Source: Eukaryota sp. TZLM1-RC
Lineage: Eukaryota > Protista > Metamonada: BaSk clade
Direction: 5' to 3'
Length of the DNA: 64,000 nt
Assembly: GCA_040285825.1 (NCBI GenBank)
Contig: JAUPSS010000002.1
Span: 3,038,001-3,102,000 of the forward strand
In this document: positions 50,731-63,720 of the stretch, piece by piece
Layout: every line of letters begins with the position of its first letter
How positions within the stretch are numbered: position 1 is the first letter of the stretch
Notes under the pieces: generated by a model
Told to the model about the DNA's origin: nothing
Databases searched by the model: none
The model's input: the letters and a program-made list of their open reading frames with translations, nothing else
Translations under genes and position numbers: made by a program

Positions 50731-52360
50731 CAGTAACCTCTCTATAACTTCTCGGTCTTGGGAACCAACTAAAACCGAGAACTTATAGAAAGCGAGAACT
50801 TATACAATTCCTTGATTACTATCATTAAACCTATTGAGATTACAAGTTTATTCGATATCAATAACTTCAGATGCAATTTCATTCAACTTAGGTGTTAGAA
50901 AGTTCATCAACGGAATTTGTTTCTTCCTCTTTAGTCTAATGGTTTCTAACTCACTCTCTGCTTCATTAAGAGTATACAATGAAGGATGTTTTTGGTCAAA
51001 ATTGTCCATAGCATAAGATTTGATAATCTGTAGCGCATTGTATGCTTCTATTCTGGAAACTTTTGGTCTTGACTCGTCTTCGTTTATGTCATTTTCACAC
51101 AATCCGTCCAGAACACAGTCTCGAACAGTATCCAAGCATTCTTCAACCGAAAGTATACCTTCGGTCGCGATGTCCTCATCTTCAGCCACAATATCATCAA
51201 ATTCCTCAAGATCTACGTTCAAATCTTCTACAAAATTAGTTTCATTGTCGTTAATCTGTCCGGTTTCATTCGAATCTCTATCATGACAGTTCAATAGCCC
51301 AACTTTCCTCCAACAATTGGAAATACATTCTCTGGTCACCATAGACCAACTAGAGGAGATAATGGGGAGAACGTCAACGTTGCCTATACGTTTTTGGGCT
51401 TCGTCCTGTGTGACTCTTTCAGTAACAATAATTGGCAATATTTTTCTTAGAAAAGGTTTTGAATAAAAGCGCTTAAACACTGCAATAATTCCAGAATCGA
51501 GTGGTTGGATGTGTGAAGTGGCATTCTTTAACAAAAACTCAGTCCTCACATTAGACAAATTTTCAGTTAAAATGTGAGATGGGGCATTATCAATGAGCAA
51601 CAGAATTTGTCTTCCATTTGCTCTCATTTTTTCATTCAGTTTCTTACAGTAATCGGTAAAAATTGATGAAGTCATCCAAGCCTTTTTGTTAGCATACCAC
51701 AATAAGTTCAGTGAATTGGCAGTGTTTGGTTTCATACCGCGAGGCTTTTGAGACTTGTTGATGATACCGAGAGGCATTTTCTCTGACCCATCTGCATTTA
51801 CACAAAAAACCAGAGTGATTCTTTGCTTAGAATCTTTAAAACCAGAAACGTATGATTGAGTTGTGTGAGTTTTAACAGACGTGTTTTTTCTTCAAAAAAC
51901 AGCAGCTTCGTCTAAATTCCATATGTCTTCAGATTTGTACTGAGACAATAATGGTTCCAGAGATCTTCGAAAGTCATCAACAGCCAGTTCATCAACAGAA
52001 CCTGCATGTCCGTGAGGAGTAAGAACTTTTATTCCATGTCTCTGTTTGAAAGATTCGAACCAGCCATCACCGTGTTGTAACTGGTCGCTTTTTGGAATAT
52101 CCAGGACTTCATAAAGCTTTTCTGCCTCTGTTAGAATAACATCTTCAGTGATTGTCATGAGAGCTGAGTTTGACTCAACAAACAGTGCAAGAGCAGCATC
52201 AAGGTCAGGGTGTTTTACAGAACGAACTCTCTTTGCAAATGGTCTCAAATTTTTGCCCAGGGCAAGAGCTTGCTCAAGAACTTGTGAACGTCGCTTCAAA
52301 ATCTTTCCAATAGTTGTACGATGGGGTTTTGAGGGCAAGTTGAAAGTCTCTTTAGCCTAG
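50731..52360 (-). mobile_element. Tigger/pogo transposon; 5' end lost at the LTR-element junction
   Basis: TA|CAGTAACCTCTCTATAAC terminus, CGAGAACTTATA subterminal repeats, transposase inside. Confidence 0.85.
50848..52338 (-). pseudogene. Tigger/CENP-B-like DDE_1 transposase with a frameshift at ~51890
   Basis: HTH region (KHPDLDAALALF, WFESFKQRHGI), then IWNLDE, RITLVFCVNADGSEK, LLIDNAPSH and HIQPLDSGII. Confidence 0.92.
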
Positions 52361-52376
52361 GATGCACATTAGGATG

Positions 52377-53399
52377 TTCTATTAATAAACCTCTTTTCTC
52401 TCTTTACTTTTTTGGTATTTCTGCCTAACGGCATCAATAATTATTGGCCCTCATTGCAGATGAAATCTACACACGTACCACATCCGTCCCTTGCTTCTAT
52501 GGAAGTGGATGATGTTCTGTTGTTCCTACAACAGTGGAAGGTGTACTCTTCTATTACACCGAAAAAGGATCTTGTTCCAGCAAGGCTCCTCGTTGACCCC
52601 TTCTTGTTAGAATCATTGGTTCTCACAAGACCTGGGGTCGATTCATCCGATGAGGTGTTTCTGGATCATTTAAGATCCTCCACCTCGTTTTCCTCGTACG
52701 AGGAATTCAACTTGGTGATGTCTGAGTTGAAGGTTGATGTCCGTAAGGGCGACGTCCATGAACGTATGTCCTGCTACCTGAGTCATTTTCTTCAGGCGAA
52801 AAGCAGGGCTTCCGGACTGAAACTGCCTGACTCAGCCTTCATGATCAGATTCGCCAAGGGTATTCTTCCATTAGGACTGCAGAAATCTCTGATTTCTCGA
52901 ATTCGGGACGAGGTATTCCCCGATTTTCCTACATTGGTGAATACCGCAGAGGATGAACTACTTGATTGCACGCGAGTAGCTTCTTGGAACAGGTCTTCAC
53001 AGACTGTTTCTAAAAATACTGACTCTGTGCGTCAAGCTGGTATGAAGTCTCGTTCATCCCATAGGTCTCGCAATTTGACTGACAGGACATGTTTCAAATG
53101 TCATCAGAAATGTCATCTAGCTCGTGATTGCCTCTCAAAAGTTAAGCACGAAGTAAATCATCTACACCACGTGCCTCAGTATCTCACAAATCCCCTATCT
53201 TCATTATGTTAAATGGTTTACGAAACTGTTGAAAGAAAATGGGAAGAAGTAGTGTTGTTGTTACTGATAAACTAACTTGGTAGATAGATGAAGAATATAC
53301 ATGATGACGTGGAACTTGTTCAAGAAAAAGTATTTCTATTAATAAAGTCCTCTTTTTCCTCTCTCTTTACTTCTTTGGTATTTCTATCTAACGGCATCA
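52377..53399 (+). mobile_element. gag-only (pol-deleted) LTR retrotransposon with short LTRs
   Basis: Partial 5' LTR at 52377-52436 and a 98-bp 3' LTR at 53302-53399 (TGATGACGT...ACGGCATCA). The 5' LTR is followed by ATAATTATTGGCC. Confidence 0.8.
52457..53212 (+). CDS. gag with CCHC zinc knuckle
   Basis: CFKCHQKCHLARDC; RFAKGI...LQKSL capsid-like segment. The exact start codon is uncertain. Confidence 0.8.
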   Translation, partial: QMKSTHVPHPSLASMEVDDVLLFLQQWKVYSSITPKKDLVPARLLVDPFLLESLVLTRPGVDSSDEVFLDHLRSSTSFSSYEEFNLVMSELKVDVRKGDVHERMSCYLSHFLQAKSRASGLKLPDSAFMIRFAKGILPLGLQKSLISRIRDEVFPDFPTLVNTAEDELLDCTRVASWNRSSQTVSKNTDSVRQAGMKSRSSHRSRNLTDRTCFKCHQKCHLARDCLSKVKHEVNHLHHVPQYLTNPLSSLC

Positions 53400-53719
53400 C
53401 TTCAAGAAGATGATCAGAAACGTGTTCGTCAATACTCACAAGAGTTGAACGCGATGTTACTACGACGTCGCCTGGGAACTCACGTCACCTCATATTTTTC
53501 ACCTAATTTTAATTGTTTATTCACAATAATGCTAAATAAACTATACCTTAACAAGGTTTATTCAAACTGAAACGTAAATCAAGATAAAGAAACTCACATC
53601 TAGAAAGACATCAAAAACTCAATACTGTAACTCTTGTTCCCCATCTATCATGTGATTAGGGTAAAAGGATTTATCTTTCATTTTACGAAGCAACCGAATA
53701 TTGTTGTGAACAAAAACAA

Positions 53720-54500
53720 AAAAGGTCATTAGCTCACTCATGACTTAACCGATTTCTTTAGTGCTGTGGATAAATCTAAAAGTACCTCAATTGTGCTCCG
53801 CTGCTGACGAAAGCACCACAAGATCAACTAGACGTGTGGCTAACGAACTCAAAAGTGGTAAATTAGTCATTGATCGCCACCAAAATCATAAACTGATTTT
53901 TACCCCTAGTTCTTTGCTACATTTGAATTGGCGCGAATGAATAGGTAAGGCTTCTCTACTGATAAAATGTTGAAATTCCAGCCCAACATCCAATTGTTCA
54001 ATCTCTGGCAACAATTTCTGTAACACTCTATGAAAACCTTGCATCACATCATCTGAAAATCTATCTTGCAAATTTCGTGGATCAAGTGCAAATCAGGCCA
54101 AGTGAAGATCACCTGCTTACCGCTTCCATTTTTTCTTGTAGTAATCTTGAATAGTGGCTCTAAAATCGTTGAGGAACCCTAAATCTTCGTCGTTTTAAAT
54201 CCTACATTTAAATACTTAAATCCTTAACACAAGATTTCTTATTAATCCACACTCGAAGTGAAACGCTGGGACAGAGTTGTCGAGTAGGAGTATATTGTTC
54301 TCAACCCAACACTGCTGAAATCGATGAAGAAGTAGTTCCTTGAACTGATGAGGGTCAACCTCGTTAGGAGAAGAGCAAAACAGTGACAATTGCTCGTAAA
54401 AGGTGTATTTCTGGGCGATTGAATAAAAACACATAAGTAACATCTACGACAGTTGAGGTTGCACCAGCGAACTCCTTCAGTGATAGTGTTTTGTGAGGAC
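53720..54500 (-). pseudogene. decayed hAT transposase C-terminal remnant
   Basis: Manual translation gives WWRSMTNLPLLSSLATRLV...SSAAEHN*GTFRFIHS, an hATC dimerisation-like segment. Confidence 0.65.
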
Positions 54501-55780
54501 TTTTAGAAAAATGAGACAACAAGGATGCTTTGTAAAGACACTATGGGTGTCTGGGGAGAAGTAAAAAGCTTTTTCGGTAGCATTAATTTGGATGTGAACG
54601 AAATGAGAAGTAAGGATCTGGATAAAAAACACAGTATAACAGTGATAGTAATCACATCGTAACTATTTTTTATGGATCAAAACAACAGCGATTATTTAGT
54701 TTATTGTAGGGGAAACTAGGATTACCAATCTTCTTCTCGCAGCTGACCTTGTTTGACCTTTTTCAATACTGCAATACATTCTTTCCTCTTATTGTCATCT
54801 TCGCCAGCTTTTTCTTGAGGACATGTTAGCTTAGGCTAAACGTACTCATCCCGATTTAGAAAATTGACGTGACATCACGTCATCATTAGTTTAATTTTAT
54901 TGTTTGTTTCTTTTAGTTTGATTTTTCTCAACTCTGCCATAAACTTCTCGTGTGTTTCATTTTAACTGTTTATGGAACCCAGTGCACTAAACCCAACAGT
55001 AATTACTGGAAGAACCTACTTGGCTCAGATTACTTTTGGCCCTCCATGAAAGCGGATCTAACAAACCATGTGAAGGAATGCGCCCCCTGCCAGAAGACTG
55101 CCCCGGTTCCTTCAAGCTTCATATCCTCTACCGGCTCTGTGAACTCTGCACACCGCCCCTTTGAGTACCTCAACTGCGACTGCATAGGTCCTCTCCCTCT
55201 CGATGTCACCGGATCCAAATACGTAATCCATTTTGTAGACGCCTTTTCGCAGTTCTGTATCCTCGTACCCTCTCGTGACCTGAAGGCCCAATCCATAGTA
55301 GATGCGCTCCTTGTCCATGTCTATTCTATCTTCGGAGCCCCCAAGGCGATCCACTCGGACAATGGCCCTGAGCTCGCCAATCAGATCTTCTCCTTGTTCT
55401 GTTCCTACTTGAAAATTGAACATTCCCCTTCGATACCCCATTTCCATCAATCTAATGGCCTGGTCGAACGCCAGCACCTTACCTTCTTACAAGCCCTCCG
55501 AAAGCTCTTGTTGGACTTTAGCGACTATGACAACTGGTCCCACTATGTACCTATCTGTCAAATGATCATCAATTCCCAAACCCGCTCCTCTCTACACCAC
55601 CTCTCATTACCAGCTGATTTTCGGTACTGATTGTTCGCCTCGACTGCTCCCACACACCCTGTTGAAGGACCTCGTCTCCATACCACAAGAACCTGATGTT
55701 CCCGAATACCTGCGTCATGCGTCCCAAATTACCAAGCGTTTAACCCAATCCTGGAAATCCAGCTGCTCCCAAGAAGGATC

Positions 55781-58088
55781 CAGCGTGGCACCTTGTTGCT
55801 TTCGCGAATGAAAAAAAACGCACTTTTGAAAAAAATGCATTTTTTTTTGTTGATTTTGAGGACTATTTCTTAAAAGCAAATTCTCATTACTCCAATACCA
55901 CCTAATCTTTCCTTCTCCTCTTCTGTCATGCCTCGCAAACGAGACATCGCTTGGGATTACGTCATAGAACTTTCCTGTGATGACTCTAACCCAGATTGTA
56001 CAATAAATCTTGATTCGACCGAAGTTATTCCTATTGAAAAAAATTATACACACCAATGTGTTTATTGCTCCTTGAAGTACACTCCAGGTTCCGCTACGCG
56101 CATCAAAGACCATATTGTGGAAGTTCCACCAGGAGAGAGAAGCAACATCTCTGTTTGCTTGGTGGCTCCCCGAAAAACAATAATCAAACTTTTAAATACT
56201 CAGCTTGACACACTATCTCCTTCTGCAGAAAAACGGCTATCTTTCATATCTGAAGGTGCTCCTATCAAGAAAAAACCATTAAATACATTGATTTCTAATG
56301 GGAAGTTGAAAGCCGCAAGAACAGCTGTTGGTGATTTTTTCTATGGCTGTGGAATACCATTGCGCATCATTAGAAGTAAGTGGTTCTGGAAAATGATCAA
56401 AGCAATTGCCGCAGCAGGCCCATCTGTCAAAAAAATCGGTTATAATGCTCTACGTACCACCATGCTCGATAACCGTTACAAAGATGCAGTCACAGAAAGA
56501 AAAGCAGCCATTGACAACATTTCTGATATTGGATGCACAGTAATGGCAGACTCGTTCACCTCAGTGTCAAAACATTCATTGACTGGTATCATGGCATCAA
56601 CAGGTAACTCGGTAATACATTTGAAAACAGTCCATAACGATGCCGTGTCACAAAATGGTGACTACCTGAAAGAGGTTTTAGAACATGTAATCAGTGAATT
56701 AAACGGAAAAGTCGTCAACATCGTGACTGACCAAGGTTCTGCTTATGTAAATGCTGGAAACAGGATCCAGTCGGAGAATCCAAGCATCTCTAACAACTTC
56801 TGTGCATGTCATCTGCTTTCGAATTTCTTTAAAGATGTGTACAAACTACCTTTTGTGCGAGACATCATAAGAAGAGCTGTTGAGTTAGTAATGTTCCTCA
56901 ACAACCACCAGTTAATTTATGATGTCTTGAGAAACAATGGTAGTTGCTCATCGTCTACACCAGGGGACACCAGGTTTGCCACCAATTGGATACTTTTGGA
57001 AAGCTTACTTGGTGCGAAAGATAGTATAATAAGTATTTTTGAAGGGGAAAGCTATTCTGAATGGAGAAACCGATTATCAAGTACACTCAGGAACACGGCA
57101 GACCAATGGAGCACAATTGAGCACAATGGAGCACAGCGTTACATGGTATTTCACTTTGGTTGGAGTTTGAAGAAATTTATAAATGTTGCTATTCAGTTTT
57201 GAAGTTGTTTAAACTATTTGATTGTAATACGCCATTGTCCGCAGAAATTCTTTATTTGATAGAAGAGGCTAAAATTGAAATGATTAATTATGATGGGATC
57301 ATTATCACCGACAAGAGGAAGAATCTCATCATTGCATCGTTTGATGACCGAACCAGTCAATTAATAACCGATTTCTACGTTGCTTCTGCGATGCTAAACC
57401 CAAAAAATTATCTTCCTGAAAGACTCAATTTTGCTGAACGGTTATTTGATATAAGTAAGTTTCAAGATTTTGTGTTAAAAATTACCAGTTACGACAGTGA
57501 TAAGGCACTAGATTTACTGCGTCAATTTTCTGTTTGTCAAAGATTCAATAATCACACAAGTTTTGGAAGGCCCTTAGCATTAGCAGGAAGAGAGAAAGAA
57601 AATTTTAATGCTATGATCTGGTGGTAGCAGTTTGGTTATGACGCACCTGAGCTTCAAAAATTGGCATTACAATTGGTGTCCCAATTTGTGTCTGCTTCTG
57701 CAGTTGAGAGATTGTGGAGTCTACATGATTGGATTCATTCTAAGCGTAGAAATAGACTCACTGAAGAGCGTGTAAACAAATTAATAGCAGTGTATGATTT
57801 CCTGGCAAGTTGTCGTCAAGAAGAAGATTCTGAAGAAGACAACAAGACGGAAGATTGTATCGAATTATTGAATGTTTGCTGTCAGCTGTTAGAAGAAGAA
57901 GATTGAGAGTCCTAGTTTCTAAGGCAATGAACTGATCTATTGTTGGTGTTTTAGTTTTACAATAAATTATAGTTACAATGTGTTTATTTGTTACATATAG
58001 TATAGAATTTCATCCAAATTAGAAAATTCATTTGTAAAAAACGCAGCCCTGACGAAAAAAACGCATTTTCGTTGGGGGTGCAACTCTG
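55781..58088 (+). mobile_element. hAT transposon (BED + DUF659 type), full length, disrupted
   Basis: TIR CAGCGTGGCACC vs reverse complement CAGAGTTGCACC. 8-bp TSD GAAGGATC (55773-55780, 58089-58096). AAAAAAACGCA subterminal motif at both ends. Confidence 0.95.
55928..57906 (+). pseudogene. hAT transposase with a frameshift (~57105-57135) and a stop (57625-57627)
   Basis: BED CVYC...IKDH, MADSFT, VTDQGS, CACH, TRF and SASAVERLWSLHDWIHSKRRNRL. Confidence 0.9.
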
Positions 58089-58590
58089 GAAGGATCCTAC
58101 CCCTGACACTCCCAAGTACTCTTCCCAGGTGAATGATCGAGTCTTTGTTCTGCGCAAGAAGCCAGAAAAGCTGCACGGTCATTATGTTGGCCCTTACACC
58201 GTACAGCAGATCATATCCCCTAGTTCCGTTCTTGTTCTATATCCTGTTACCCGCTCTTGTTTGAAGACCTCCGTACATCTCGTTAAGCCCTGCTATTCCT
58301 CTTTGCCGCCTGCTATCCTAGACGCTTATGTTGCTGCAGATTCCGGTGAGACCTTCTTAGATGCAATTCTCGATATCTCAAGCGACACAGCCACCATTTT
58401 GTGGTCTGATGGAACTACCACCAAACAACCGGTCTCCTCCATAAAGAACACCTCCGCTTACTCTCGTTATCTGAAGCTATCCGATCCTCCTGCCCCGAAG
58501 AAACGCAGAAGAAAGAAAGAAAGGCAGTGTTACTCTAACTGGAAGTTTTTGAAGCTCCAATGCGTCTGCCGAACTGCTACCACAAGATCA

Positions 58591-59067
58591 CAGTAATAAA
58601 ATTCTCTTTCTATTTTCCTGCTAATGCTAAGGGCCCTCCGAATTTGGTTCAAAAGCTGTTGAGCAAAATTGCGTTTTTAGGAAGATAAATTTGTGGTTCA
58701 AATCTCGTGTGTACTGAAGATGGACGAAACCATGATGCCCTGTATTCCTGTGAAGGGAAAAACTTATGCTCCAAGATATCAGAAAAAAATCAGTATTCAA
58801 GGATTAGGCGATAAAAGAGTAAATACTGCAAAACTCACGACTGGAAAAGCTGCCGCTACTGTCTTTTGTAGGCTTAGAGCCAATTCAGATAGATATTATT
58901 AGTTTTTAGTTCATTAGTTACAGCATCACGTGATGCCACGTCATCACCAGTTTATCTTGAGAATTACTTTTCTCTGATTATTTTCATTCCTTGTGCAAAA
59001 CCCCTGTACCGTAGTTTCTGTTTATACAAGGATCCATTGATGCTAGCGACCCCCACAGTAATTACTG
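58591..59067 (+). mobile_element. internally deleted pogo-like remnant
   Basis: MDETMMPCIP...TYAP...ISIQGLGDKR is DDE_1-like. Bounded by CAGTAAT...ATTACTG, but without TA flanks. Confidence 0.45.
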
Positions 59068-59236
59068 AAGCCCCTATGAGTAATCCTGGTCGAGTTGTCC
59101 CAATTTTCCAAAGTGCTGACTGCTACTCCTGCAAGGAGTACCTATATCTATCGGAGTATATATATTACTCACTTAGTTGATGAGTTGCGAGACTTTGCCG
59201 TCGGTATGTCTATAACCAGACAGATGTGAGTCTCAT

Positions 59237-59850
59237 TTGACTAATTCCCAGAACTCTAGAAAAAGTTCCCGTAAACCTGCTCCCGAACTCGCTGAAGAAA
59301 GCGAAGTTAGACCTGAAGACATCCAAATTAATCTGCCAGAAGCCTTAGCCGAAGAAGGCCCTGACAACCAAGAAGAGGATGAAGTCCCTCTTCTGTACTC
59401 TGATGACTCTAATGTTCCTGATGAAGAGACTGAACTGTTACGTCTTTTTGGAGCCCAAGACCCTGAAGACCTAGAATCCCTGCTGATTCCTTATATTCCT
59501 AAATGCATTGCCCCAGAAGATTTGGATACATTCCTTGTAATCCACCAGAAGACATTAAAATACTTGCTGTCGAACCTTAGCCGAAGTTCCTGAAATGTGG
59601 TGATGCAGACGAAGTCATCACCAGATATACCAGAGACTTCATGAAGGTTGCTCGCAAAGAGGATTTACAGATTTACCTCCATCGCTGAGATGATATCCCG
59701 ATTGAAAGAATTGCTCCCTGATTACCACCGACCTTACTCCAAGAATGCTTTACTGTTTGAAGGCAGATTGTCTCAAAGGTTTCAGAATGCCCGTGGCCAT
59801 AGAACTCAACCCAGAACCCAGAATGTTCCAAGTAGTAGAACCGCGGAAAG
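59237..59850 (+). pseudogene. gag-like fragments
   Basis: Broken ORFs; RIYRFTSIAEMISRL resembles RRMQFTSYHEACSAI of the gag at 12891-13877. Confidence 0.35.
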
Positions 59851-59880
59851 AAGAAAAAGGTTAAAAAGAAACCTTTTATT

Positions 59881-60730
59881 GATGATCCTGTCCTTAATCA
59901 AAAAATTAGTACCTCTAATCGCCCTCTTATTTGTTCAATTGATATTGAAACCAAGGAAATTGGTACTGAAATAACCAAGAAAAAAGATGTTAATAAAGCT
60001 TTAGACAATTTGCGAGCTCAACAAAAGAAATCACAGTCAGATCGACATCGCCAAATGACTGATGATGAGCATTTGTTAGAACAACAGGTTTTTTTGGAAC
60101 GGCAGGAAATTTTAATGATTTCTATGATTTTGTTTGAAATTGATTATTATATATGGGATACTATTTTTCACTCCTCAAGTATAGATTACGTTGCTAATTT
60201 TGAGGGAACGAGACGAGTATTTTTATGGACCAATGATGACAAACCGGTTTTTAATGTCTCCTTGAATAGATGTAATCATGAAAAAGATCTATTGAAGTCA
60301 TTTGCAGAATTCACTTATGATAAAAAATTGTTGGTTTCTTAGGCCATAATATTTTTAATTTTGATTTACCTGTGTTGGCTGTGCGATTATCACATTTTGG
60401 AATCGCTTTTCCAATTTTGTCCCAAAAGATTGGTCTAAATGAATTATATCTTCACCGACGTTGGAGAGAAGTAATACAGTTTTATGAAAATTTCACTATT
60501 TCGGACACTTTTTTGTTTGCCAGAAAATTCATTAAAATTAGATAGAGCACTTCATTGAACAATTTAGCATACCATTTACTTGCTGAAACAAAACTTAAAC
60601 TTCATGATGAGTTTAAAAATTCATTACCTATTAATAACCTCTATTCAAATAAGGCATTGAGAACACTGGGATCTTATTGTCTTCAAGACAGAATTCTTGT
60701 ATTTAAATTGTTTATTGTATTCCAAAGGGC
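59881..60730 (+). pseudogene. PolB-type DEDDy 3'-5' exonuclease domain, copy 1
   Basis: ExoI ICSIDIET (~59929-59952), EKDLLKSF, ExoII GHNIFNFDLPVL (from 60342), SLNNLAYHLL and ExoIII YCLQD (~60675); carries a frameshift and a stop. Confidence 0.8.
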
Positions 60731-62051
60731 TAAAACAGAAAATCAGTCATGTTCTACAGTAAAGACCTATGTTTCATCTACAGCAAGGTGAAGAGAATTA
60801 CAAGAAGAGTTACTTGTAGCATCTGATGTAATGACTGCTGTGAGACAGCAAACTGTGTTGAGTGTCAAACAATTCCTCTTAACCAAATTCATGAAAGACG
60901 AAGACAAATTTTGACTACAAATTATTTTATCACACAATGATTTGTATGGAAAAATTTTCTTCACAGGTGCATGGGAATTTAATTAGTATACGATAAGCCA
61001 ATACGAACGTTAAGTGAGGATTTCAACAACTTTATTTTTGGGTTGGAAACTGATGATAACAACTCTGAACTTCCTGGGTGTCGTCATTGTGTTATTGAGT
61101 ACACAAATTCTTCATCAGTTTGCCATATGCCTAGACTAGATTATGACCATTTAAATAGATAATTTGAATACATGAGTCAATATGAGATGTGGCCTGCGTT
61201 TGAACTAAATATCAAAAGAAATTATCATTTATATATAAAAAAGTTTATTAATCCTTCAATGTGAAAAAAGATTTGGAAGATCAAATGAAGGAAAATAAGA
61301 CACAATTCCTTCCGGAAAGTTTGGAACATTTGAATTATCTGCAACGCCAAAGATTTCTCAGTAATTTCAGATTTCGTTTAAAAATAATTAAGGATTTGAC
61401 AACCGGCGGGGATCGAAATGAATTAATCAATTACTTGCAAAATTTTAAAATCATTCCGTACTCACCAAGGGAAGAATTTATGAGAATTTCCACTGTGTAA
61501 CAGCTAGTAATATTGTGCCAGAAGCTTGAAGTGGGGACATGTCGGACATTGTTTTAAAAGTTTGAGAATCTATTTTCGGTGATTCTGGAGATGAAGAAGG
61601 AGAAGCTGAATGCATTGATTATTGAAAGTCATCACCAGAGGTATCTGGAGAGAGGGGAGCGAGAGTTAGGACGTGATGTGTCTGAAAACGTTTTTTGATT
61701 AGGGTTCTGTGGAAGAGCGCCAAAAGCTGCTCAGGGTGAAGAAGCAATCACCATGTCAGACATCTCTCAGCAAGATTCTCTTGACACTTCACATTCTTCT
61801 AACATCATGCAGCAAAAGGAGAAAAAAGATGACAATGTAACGAACTCAGATCCCACCTCTTCCTTCAACCTGTTCTTCACAGTGCAGCAGAATTCTTCCT
61901 CACAAACTCCTCAGTCGGGCACAGTCGTCCTGCTTTACAAGAATAAACGGAAGGTCAGAACCTTTATTCCGAACGGAATCGTCGGTCTGATCCACTACCC
62001 CCACTACCCCCAGTACCATTGTAATTTGCTCATTTACTGATCCTATATACA

Positions 62052-62480
62052 GCTCTGAATACGGAATGGTTAGATGAAGCGACTATTTCCAATTATCTTT
62101 CCACTTTGAAATCTTCACACATAGATTTCATCCATTCTGCAACCATTGTCGACTTCCTCAATAACGACGATTTGGCATCAGAGCATATGAAAACAGTATG
62201 TGTTTTATTCCTGTCAATGACAATATACAAGGGAATGGTTGTTCACATTGGAGTTAATTAATCTTTGAAAACTTTAATAATACGAGATATTTTTACTATT
62301 TAGATTCTTAGACTAAATCACTTAATTTTGAAGTTGCAAAATTGATAGTTAATCAGTTTGGTGACTTGGCGCCAATTGTCACTTTAAATAACAAACCACG
62401 ACAAGCTAATGGATATGATTGTGGAGTGTTTGTATGTTGGTACGCTGCTATGGCCAAGCAGGTGTATGAATCCAATGACA
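62052..62480 (+). pseudogene. Ulp1/SENP8(NEDP1)-like cysteine protease (peptidase C48)
   Basis: WLDEATISNYL; FIPVNDN...GCSHWS* (His codon at 62246); FYYLDS*; PRQANGYDCGVFV (Cys codon at 62420). One frameshift and two stops; absent from the ORF track. Confidence 0.85.
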
Positions 62481-62805
62481 CCACTTGGATTTGGTGAATT
62501 TTATAGATTTTTTATATGGATCTGGATTAAACGTGGCTGAATTCAGAATGAATTTAGAAATTTAAGATATTCAACTTTGCACTGATAGTGAAATCAAAGA
62601 AGCTAGTACCAGAAATCATCAGGATTAACTACAATCTGGATCAAGACTAGACAGTCAGCCCAGAAAAACAAAGTCAACAGCAAGATCAACCCCTCCTTCA
62701 AAAATTGTAAGACCAAAACCATTAATTGTTGACTAACAAACATCAAAGGGTAAGCGAAAACGACAACAATAAGCACTGAACAGAGAAATTTGTATTGAGA
62801 ATACA

Positions 62806-63720
62806 ATGTTGAATATTGAGATCAGGAAGATTTTGACAAAAAGACCATTGAAACCGAGTATGGTTGGAACAATTGAGCCAAGTCTTAGCGGCTTCAAGCC
62901 TGATCCATTGATTAAGTTGAAATCAATGACGACAAATCAAAATCTTCCCACTGTTATGTGCTTTGATCTTGAAACCTATCAGGATGGTCATCTTTACCAA
63001 AGACATGATGGCCAATTTCTCCCTCCTGACGAGATTATCAACAAAAGGAGAAAAGAGGGTACAAATCTTTTGAAAAAGAAAACTGATGAGCAAATGGGTG
63101 AGTGGATTTCAGATCAAGAAGTGTTTTTACTTTCGATTGTTATTGGTAAATTTGACATAATTTCTTTTTGGAGAGTAAATATTCACTTATGTTGAGAACG
63201 AGTCCTCAAGTCAGCAGATTACCAGAAATTGCTACGGATATTCAGGCAGAAATTTTCTCTGACGAGAAAACCTTGCTTCGTAAGTTCTTAAACCTTATTG
63301 GTAATAATTAACCACATTGTTTTCTTAGTCACAACCTAATGCAGTTTGATTTACAGGTTTTAAAAAATAGATTAAATTATTTTGATTTGCCATTTCCTAC
63401 TGTTCGAGATGGTACAGCAATTGATGTACTCAATCAACTTTCACCAAGATGGAGAGAAGTTGTCATCAGGGAAAATGGCTTTTTTCTTTAAGATACTTGG
63501 TTTTTTGCCAAAAAATTCATAAAAATACCTTACGGACATGGATAAAGCAATCTGGCATATAGAATGATAAATGAAAAGAAAATCAAACTTCATCAGGAAT
63601 TTTCCCATATTTGACCAATTGATTGCTTAGCTACTTCTCCTCTGAGACAAAATTCAATTCAATATGGGCTTCATGATTGTATCCTTTGTCTGAAACTTTT
63701 CGTGCTGTTTCAAAAAGATA
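62806..63720 (+). pseudogene. PolB-type DEDDy 3'-5' exonuclease domain, copy 2
   Basis: ExoI MCFDLET (Asp codon at 62965), FSDEKTLLRKF, ExoII SHNLMQFDLQVL (~63328), SNLAYRMINEKK and ExoIII YGLHD (~63663); several stops. Confidence 0.8.

Larger units (their letters stand above)
55010..58590 (+). pseudogene. gypsy-type integrase fragment interrupted by a hAT
   Basis: YFWPSM...CAPCQ, DCIGPLP, IHSDNGPE and SNGLVER; after the hAT, a GPY motif (HYVGPY) and a chromodomain-like tail. Confidence 0.9.
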
